From: Perkinsus olseni | Taxonomy: Eukaryota | NCBI GenBank assembly: GCA_013115125.1 | Contig: JABANN010000051.1 | Location: 1-64,000 of the forward strand | Direction of reading: 5' to 3' | Length of the DNA: 64,000 nt | Shown here: in pieces, positions 50,102 through 64,000 of the stretch | How positions within the stretch are numbered: position 1 is the stretch's first letter | Layout of the letters: each line of letters opens with the position of its first letter | Made by a program: the position numbers and the translations under genes | Notes under the pieces: generated by a model | Told to the model about the DNA's origin: nothing | Database searches by the model: none | The model's input: the letters and a program-made list of their open reading frames with translations, nothing else

Positions 50102-50933
50102 TAATCAGACTCTCTTATTAGAAGGATCCCGTCGAAGTACCGCTAGATACTGAACTAAGATGCTACGGTATGGGTTTGCGAGACCCTTAGTATCCTCTAT
50201 TAGAATGACATATTACGGGTAGCTTGGGTTTTCATTGCCAGAATGCCATGCCAATCAGCGTTGCATCTTAATGGCACTTTTTATTCGTGTGCCCGTGTAC
50301 TGCCGAGAAGAGTATATTTGTCTTTCTGACCCTCCGAGCACCGAGAGCCGATAAGGTCCTATTGAAAAGGTGGCTGGAGAACTTCGTTTGGTGAGAATCC
50401 TGATAGCCGGGCCCTTCATATATGACAGCTGGCCTTTAGTCTTCGAGCGTAAGAGGGTTTGCCAAAGAATCGAGGGGTTCTGGGTCACTACCTGGCTGGA
50501 TACGCCATCTCATTCATAGTTCAGCTCTAGTCTGGGGGAACGTCGTCGGCATCTCCCATTCAATGAGGTGCTCTTGCTGTAACAGAAAGAACATCTGGGC
50601 AGCCAAGTGGTTCGAGAGCTAACCAGTGGGGGGACCTGAATCTGTCCGGTGTATGGCTGGGTGTCCTACTATGGACGCTCGGGGCCTCCAACATCCCAAG
50701 AAGGCGAGAGAAATGGCATGGTCGTACTGGGCTCGAGTGAGAAGAGCTCTGTTGCCAGTGTGCGGAATCCTGGTCACCCTGGCAGACCATAGCACAGCTG
50801 TCTCTTCTCTGAACGCCTCGCGTTCGCAGATCCCTTACACTCATTTGAGTTGGATTTGAGCATGAGCTTACGCTGAGGACGAGTCCAACTTCAGGCCCCT
50901 TTATCAATACCAATCGTGTTCCTCCGTTTTGAA

Positions 50934-56541
<5,608 letters not shown>

Positions 56542-56748
56542 ACCCGACACTGCGTTTTATATTCCTAATGAGTTTCAGAGAAGCGCAGCAAGCGTTGGGT
56601 TGTCATGAAGGGCTTTGGATGCGCACAACTCCCTCCGGAATCTAGCTGACGCTGGTCGCTCGCGCTCGGGTGTGTCGCTCGCCATGATCGTCCTCGCGGA
56701 GGAGATCTCAGACGCCCGACCCTTCACAGTCGTTCCGAGTCCGCCTGA

Positions 56749-58744
56749 ATGGCTGGAAGTCCGACGTTGGTGGAGTTGCTAGATTCCATCGTAGTGGAGT
56801 ATTGTGCTTGCAGAGGGCAGACGGATGAGGGTGTTCCCTCGGTAAATAAGAATAGGGTCTATCGGGCACTCCAGAGGGTCTACCGTCTGCTGCCAAAAAA
56901 CGCTAGCTTCGGCACTCCTGCTTGGACGCAAAGGGAGTCAGAGTGGCTGGCGGTGCTGCGGTGGTGGGGGTGCACCAGTCACCGTGAGACAGGCGAGAGC
57001 TCGGCCTTGAACACTGATGGCTCGACTAAGGAAAATGGAATAGACTGGGTCGATCGCTCTAGTCGACTACAGGCTGAGGCCCTACGGTAGGGCCTCTGGG
57101 GTGAGCCGCTTCCTGGCGGTGGTCACCGACGCTCAGGTGCTACACTGCAATGGTGCGGCATGCCAGCACGGCCCATGTCTCCCAAGCATGGCTTTTAGAC
57201 ACCCTCGACTGTCCCGGTCTGCTCACTCAGTGTAAGGGCTGGGATGGGTCGCGAGGACCCTAGCGACCGCTCTGCCAGGCACGAGTGGCAAGTCTCCGTA
57301 CGTCCGTCGGGCAGCGGTTCACGCCTGTGCGGCTACTCTACGTCACGAGCTCGAAGGGGGGAGCAAAACTGGTGGGAGAGCTTTGACGACTAAGAGCTGC
57401 AGTCGGGAGACGCTGAGGCTGCTGGCTGCTGCCAGGAGGTGAGGATCGCTAAGAGGCGAGTTGCTACAACGAATATCAGGTTGCTCGACAGTCGGGAGCT
57501 GCTAGATCGTCGCACGGCCATATCAGCTGGCTCTGAGCTTGCTAGTCTGTTGCCCCTGGTCTTCCCAGCACAGCAGGACGCCAGGCTTGGGAAGGTACGG
57601 ACAGGCTACGATGATGGGCACGCGTGCTCGCGGCTGCTGACCTCAGAGGGCAACCGTGGGCGTCGAGGTAGCGGAGGAGATCCGAGGTTTTGCACTGCGG
57701 CTCCTCACTAGCGAGTTCAAGTCGAGCGAAGATCGGCAGGCTGCTGCTCGGGCGAGCGCTGCTGTTGCCGCAAGCGCTCCCGCCGCGGCCGACCGAGATG
57801 GGGCACTTGACGAGGTCTTCAAGAGGGTCATGGAGAGGACTGATGACCCTGAGGACGACTCGGTGGGGCTGGTGGATGCTGCTCAGGCATGCTTACTCCT
57901 GGGTGGGGATACACAAGGACCCGCTGCTCGCTACTTGAGAGACTCCCTCGGCAGCCCTGACAAGGCAGTGAGGTGTCGGGCCTTCCTCGCTGCGACGCGG
58001 ACCCCTCAGCGAGTACCTTGCTTGGTGCCTGCTCTGGTCGAATATGCTACTTTGAGGGAGGCCGCTGCCCCCGTTCTGTTCGAGACCATTGCGAAGCATC
58101 TGACTTTTGAAACATTGACGGGCATTGACGCCTTGCTAGTCGCGCAAGCTGAGCATGCAGTGTCGCTCCGTCATGGCACGGTACCCGAGATTTGCGCTCA
58201 GCGGGGAGCGGTCTTGCCCGTAAGCGTCCGAGTGATTGATATTGAAGAGTCTCCGGCTGCATTGGTGAGGCTGGCCGTTCGGTTGGTGTCAGAGTGTCTT
58301 CGAGACGGACGATATCACGCGCTGCGCCTCCAGGCCCTCGACGAGCTCGCGAGGTGCAACAGCCCTCCGGAGGTCCTACTGGACCAGGCTTTACGGCCAA
58401 GCGAGGAACTACGCAACCCGAAGGATCGGTCGCTGGGCAAGGTTGCTATGGTGGCAGGCAGGGCCCTGGGGAGCGCCAAGGCTTCGTGCAACGTGAAGCG
58501 GCGATGCTCGTCCTTCTTACTGCGCATCCTAGAGAGGGTCTGGGAAGTATCAGGATATGTCGGCAACGTTGCCATGCGGGAGCTGAGGGAGGCCCCTAGA
58601 CACCAAGTAGACTGGCCTCGAGTGCGACAGGTTGTGGAAGCCGCCCTGGAGACGGCCCCGGCGGCTGAGGATGCAGCGGTGGCTAAGAAGGAGATTGCTT
58701 TGCAGAACTTTCTTGCCGTTATAGTTTCTCGTGAATTAGGTTGA
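56749..58744 (+). CDS. Hypothetical alpha-solenoid (HEAT/ARM-like) protein
   Basis: 362-codon final ORF, Ala/Leu-rich and helical, with HEAT-like LGSPDKAVRCRAF; upstream exons are spliceable. Confidence 0.55.
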
Positions 58745-59700
58745 CCTCGTAGCTGGTATTGGTCAATGCGTTGAGTTGACGTCCGTAGATGCCACTCGGT
58801 TTTTCTCTCCACTCCTCGTGAGGTTGGAAGCTTGTCACGCAACACGCTCAAGGTCTCTGGGTTTTTAGGAGCGTTGACGTGAGCGACAGCAGTTTTGGGT
58901 TCTCCTCCCGTCATGTCTCCTCTATCGCGGGAGGCAGCGTACTCGGGCATCACTCGATGGTACTCGGCCGACATACCGTGCAGAGGGAATAATCAGGGCG
59001 AGTGGCTCCCGAAGCCCTCCAGAGGACTCCACCGCTCGGAGACTGGGTGAGCCCTTTGTTCCGTACAGAAGATCTTAGGAGTCGTGGATGAATAACTCGG
59101 CTCAGCTCGATTCTGGTCATGTCATTGGTGAGAGTCATTCGCCATCAATACTCGTCTATCGGTCAGGTTCTTTAACGGTGTCAAGGAGACCATCAACCCC
59201 ATTGGTGTCTCGAAAGGTAATCAGCCCCGTTGTCTCTATTGCAAGGCTCGCCATCAGGGCACTGGTTCCTTCTGCCGCCGCCCAAGCCTCCAACCCCTGG
59301 GCCGGTCTTCGGACCAATCCCGCCTAAACCTCAGCCAAGAAGAAGCCTCTGGAAGAATTCTCTACAGCCTTTGGAGCCATTCAAAACCGTAGGGACCGAG
59401 CGTGGTAGAGGATGCCGATTGGGTTGCTCAATCTCAGCCCCGAAGCCTCGCCCGCTCTGGCTCTTGCCTGTCCTATTTCGGTCGTCGTACCAGAGGACAT
59501 CTCAACCCGGATACTGTCGCCCAAGCGCACCACAGGGCAGGGGGGCTGAGCACATGGAAAGCTAGGTGAGCCGCCGCTTAACAGAGTTGCCGTGGCTAAG
59601 TGTGTCCTCTCAGGCGATGGCACGTAACGTCCACGTCTTTACCAATAGCTTTAGTGTGAGGTGTTATCATCACTAGCAGAGTTGTTGTGTTTACATTAGT
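58745..59700 (-). CDS. Hypothetical protein
   Basis: Coding-like exon fragments (AQGLEAWAAAEG..., MSAEYHRVMPEY...). Structure unresolved. Confidence 0.3.
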
Positions 59701-60530
59701 GAATCTTGGGGGCAGTTGTCTTCAACCCTCTCGGAGGTGGGGTCTATTGATCTTTCGGGCTGCCTCCCTGGACCTCTAATGCGCGAGGTAACAAAATAAA
59801 ATAGAAAACTCGGTCTGAAGAGGCAGAGGCAGAGAAGAGCTCGAACTTGCCCTGTTGCACACAGTTTGCGACGTCTCGAAGTAAAGCCGTCAGTGAACCC
59901 CGGCGACATGAGTGCCTACTCTCGCGGGCATAACTCAAACGCTCCTCTACGTACCCTCAAGGATTCTCGAGGCGCTTAAAACTTCGGACTGAGGTGTCGA
60001 CTGTCGAACTGCGACACCTCTACCTCCGGGTCACTTGCTTTGTAAAGAACCGAGTTTATTCTTGATACGATATCCTGTTGAAGAGATTTCCCTCGACGGT
60101 TTGGGTATCGTCAACGCGTCACTGGAACGAGCGGGAGTTGCGGTCACCGCAAAAACACGCACGCACGCACGCGCAGAGCGACCGTGACGCGAGACCAAGT
60201 GACTGACCAATTTCCTAGTACAGCGAACTAGTATGACTGTCTATGCAGGCTGTAAGAAGAGATAAGGCAAAGATGAGGGCACCATGCCATTACGACATTT
60301 CTACAAGTCACGTTCTCATGCCATGCACAATGCACGGGTTATGCGTACTCTACGCTTGCTTCCCGCCAGCGAATACTGCCTCGGATTTCTTGGCTAGTGG
60401 CCTCATTTTTGCGTTCCGCATTTTTTGGTCACAGACTGTGTAGACGGGAAGCTAACGTAGATTTTCGATTGTTGGAGACCCCTACGGTAAATCCCACCTG
60501 TCTGGCAGTGCAACCTCTCTTGCTCGATCG

Positions 60531-62364
60531 ATGGCCTGCTTTGGAAGAAGGCACGCGCGGACGGCGTTCTTGCTCCTCACAGTCTCAACCGGACGAGGGT
60601 CCGCCACTGATGGAGGGCCGAGTGCAGTGAAGCGCCTTGCGGCCATTGTAAGTTCTCGAACGCCTTCCGGCTGGGAGAGTCGAAGTGGTCGGTCCTTGGA
60701 TGGAAGCTATGCAGCTAACGGTGAATGTTCAGGAGTCACTTGGGGATCGAAGAGTATAACCACCCTCACCTCTTCAATAGGTACTTTCTCGCCATGGGGC
60801 TCGGACCCCTACTAATTTATCGTTTTATCCCGTGGGCGATTACCCCTGGAAAGACATTCTGGTACTCTTAGAAGACACGAGGCTGGTTGCATGAATTTTG
60901 GGTTGATCTTTCCAGGCTCCAGGTGCCCTGACTAGTCTCGGGAAGGCCCAGATGCGCGTGATGGGGCACCGATACCGGTATATCTTCGAGGACCTCGCTA
61001 ACCAAAGGGTAGAGGTTTTCTCTTCTAGTAAAGAGAGAGCTCGGCTCAGCGCGGAGGCGTTTGTGGAAGGGTGAGTTCGTTACAAGTGCCCCGCTTCTTC
61101 TCTGTCATATCGACAGGACGTCCTTCAAATAAGTCAGGTTTCCAACGGAAGGCCCCGGCCTTTAATCTCGTCCGCTTGAACGGTGGAATTGACGAACTTC
61201 TAATTCACTAGTCCAAATTCCCATTAGAATGCTGGGCCCTCGCTAGCTAGTTTCCATCAGTGCCGACGATGAGCGGATGCCGGTGGTGATGGTGCAGATT
61301 TTTAGTGGTCTAAAGTGGCCACAGCGTGCAAGCCTTTCCTGATATAAGATGCGTTGGATTTCCAACTGTGAATGAGACTCGTTGTGTGGTTGCGCTTCAT
61401 AGGGCAGCACTGTACTGCTACCGTCCTGTGCAGTTTCTTCGACGGCAAAGAGGAAGCAGCAGCAGTGCAAGTCAAAGATGGCTCGCTCCGGCCTGACAGT
61501 CCAGAGTTGAAGAAGCTGTTGATTGAGAAGGAGCGAACCCCCGAATATGAAAGAAAAGCTCGGGGCGATTTTGCGCATCTCGTGGATGCGTTTTGCTTGA
61601 CGGAGATTGGACAGCTCAGAGAACTCGGGGATGTTATTATCTCCAACAAAGTGCATGACTTGCCTCTGCCCTTCACCGATCGAGCTGACGAGCTCGCGAA
61701 GGAGGTAAGAAGACTTGCGCTCGTCCTGCATATCAGCACGCTCTCGATTTCTCTCGCCATTCATCCCTAGGTACTCAGTGCACGCGAGTTGATAATGCAA
61801 ACGCGTTACCAAGGTCTAGATATCGGACGACTCGGTGCAGGGCGTCTCCTTCACTGGCTGGTTGCTACACTAACGGCTGTACCGAAGGGCCTCATCTTTC
61901 TGTCTGGCCACGATATCGATATATATTCCCTGCAGAGTGTAGGTCGGGGGAAGGGAGGTTCAGGCTTCACAATCTACGGCAGTCGGAGATCTTGAAGCGC
62001 GGTTGTTGCAAATTCTCGCCGTCAATCGTCATAACGTTTTCATACCCGGCTTCGCTGACGCGGTAGGGCTCGAGCTGTGGGCCTCGAGGAGCGACAGTGG
62101 GGCCCCGAGCTTGTGGGTAGGGTTTAGTACGCATCACTATTACGAAGGAAAAATCGATGCTGACGAGGACAGCGCGGGTGCTTTCGCTGAAGGTGCGCTT
62201 GGCTGTAGCTGGCTGTCGATGCTGGCATGATAGGTATAAAAACTACTTTGGGAGATGCTGAGCCGAGTCCCTACGAGCTCTCAGCGAAGTTCGGCGAAGG
62301 AAATGTCGTATCTTTGGCTGACCTCAGTAGATATAGTCACTTGGTCCTCAACGAAGATCTGTGA
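60531..62364 (+). CDS. Histidine acid phosphatase (branch 2)
   Basis: Spliced catalytic motif VLSRHGARTP, GALTSLGKAQM, ERARLSAEAF and the HD motif IFLSGHD; hydrophobic N-terminus. Confidence 0.88.
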
Positions 62365-62639
62365 TGCCGTTAAACGACGCCTTGAACGATGTCTCAATGA
62401 AACTGAGTAGAATGACGGAGCTGAGGATAATCAGTTTTTTATGAACAGTGGTTATTCATCTGTTCGTTTTTTCGACTTTTCAATAGTTTTCTCGACTTCA
62501 AATTCATTGCTCAGCCCTTCATGAATTTTTAATCACTTCGTTTTATGGAACGATCATCGACGATCGACACGGTACTCGATGCTCGTAGGCAATCGCGTAG
62601 CTGACAAGTTTTTCTCTTCTACGGCACTTTACTTATGGT

Positions 62640-64000
62640 CAGAAATTGGCCAGAATGCCGATCATTCCCTCAGAGAAATTCCCTATTTCGATTAATAGAC
62701 ACTGGTGCTGCGTTCTCAGTGGTTGTGAACATCGGACGGTAACGACAGACGAAAGATGTCGCGGATCATCCGAGTCTACAGGTGTACTAGCTACCAACGC
62801 AAGGCTACCATAAAGCGTGTGTGATGTGAAATGCTCGGCGATTTGTCTGACCCGCCCTCCGACGGGAAAACGCTCTGCAGTGTAGAGTTGTGGCACTCCG
62901 AGGTGATTTGGTCGACCAGACGAGGGCCTTTCACTGATCGCCCTTTGAATGTCGTCTGCCCTCCCTCATGTGAGAGAGCTGCGAGACTGAGAACATCGTC
63001 GTCACTTGAAAGAATTTATCCGCCGAACCAGAAAGAAGTTGTGAGTGAGCACTCGCAGCAAATTCAAGATCATAGCGGTGTTGGGACAAAGCCACTAATG
63101 CTGCATGCAAGAACATCAATCGAATAAGCGATCGAAATATCCAGGAGCTGAGGAGCCGGAGCTCTCCTCTGATGAAGATGCTTCAGTCTGACTGTTACTG
63201 GAGCCGGACGAACTCCGCGACGTTCGACTTTCACTGTCGTAAGATGATGACCTCGAGGAATAGGAAGACGACCTTGTGAGACTGCGAGGCGATTCTTCGG
63301 AGCTCGCGGATGAGGTGGTGTAGGAAGACTCAGATCCACCAGAGCCGTCCTCATCGGAGACGGCCTCTCCGGAGAGCTGGTCCACAGCAAGGGCTATACT
63401 GCGGGGCAGCTCCGCGTCTGGGACGAGCTTGACCTGGAAACGAGCGCGGCAGAACGAGGACGGCGGAGCTGAGAAACTCTCGTTACCACATGGGCCTGTC
63501 CTGCGAGTTCCACTATTGGATACACTGGGGCGGAGTCGCGTTGGGGCACGCCACTGGGGCACTTGATGTCCACGAGCTCACCGTCAACGAAGATGTGCAT
63601 CCGACCGTTCAACCCCACTGCCAGGGTGACCTGATAAAACACTGACGAGGACGACGAGACCTTCCGCGGCGTAGGCACCATGCTGCCGCCTTGCAAGCCG
63701 TTTTCCAAGGTCCCACTCCACGGACAAGGCCTAGACTTGCGCTCCCAAAAGGGAGAGTACATCTTCCCCCTTAGCCCCACCATGAAGGTGTCAAGCACTC
63801 TATCGGCACTCTTGGCGAGCGGTTTGCTCTGATCGACGAAGACTAACACGGCTGCTGAGAGCGCGACTCACTCACTTTCGCTATATCATCTTTGATCTCA
63901 TCAGGAGTCGACGCTGTGACTCCGACTGCTAGGCCGTCAGCCAGCCCCGGCAAGAACGTCTCTACTATGGCGGAGTAGAAGAAGGAAAGGTACTTGTCGT
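62640..64000 (-). CDS. NHR (neuralized-homology)-like domain protein; 5' end lies beyond the window
   Basis: GRMHIFVDG...GVP...PVYPIVELAGQA...VKLV resembles the NHR C-terminus; it is followed by a Ser-rich region. Confidence 0.5.

Noticed and set aside
49800-50120. AT-rich island as a mitochondrial insertion (NUMT)
   Set aside because: No cox1/cox3/cob peptide or rRNA fragment recognised; the nested inverted repeats favour a fold-back element.
62340-62364. C-terminal NEDL as an ER retention signal
   Set aside because: It does not match the [KRHQSA][DENQ]EL consensus.

Overview
Eukaryotic nuclear DNA, gene-dense, with many short (~45-65 nt) GT-AG introns, so the six-frame ORFs are mostly exon fragments. 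The gene models below were spliced by eye and their ends are approximate. Intron style and gene content suggest a myzozoan alveolate such as Perkinsus (inference). Recognisable genes, in order: IBA57, TIM50, a GT17/MGAT3-like glycosyltransferase, pyridoxal kinase, an RBM5/10-like splicing factor, CEP120-like, SFI1-like, SEC14-GOLD, three tandem flavin monooxygenases (FMO), a VHS-domain protein, DPAGT1/ALG7, an NRPS-like A-T-R enzyme of the glycine-betaine-reductase (ATRR) type, a HEAT-like protein, a histidine acid phosphatase and a partial NHR-domain protein. There are also degenerate retroelement remnants and several fold-back elements. Best leads: (1) the ATRR-like enzyme, whose second reductase domain is shrunk to a vestige and which lies ~11 kb from the FMO triplet, a possible methylamine/osmolyte-handling system; (2) a 19-aa tandem repeat inside the TIM50 matrix domain; (3) a spliced-leader-like relic beside an AT-rich fold-back element.
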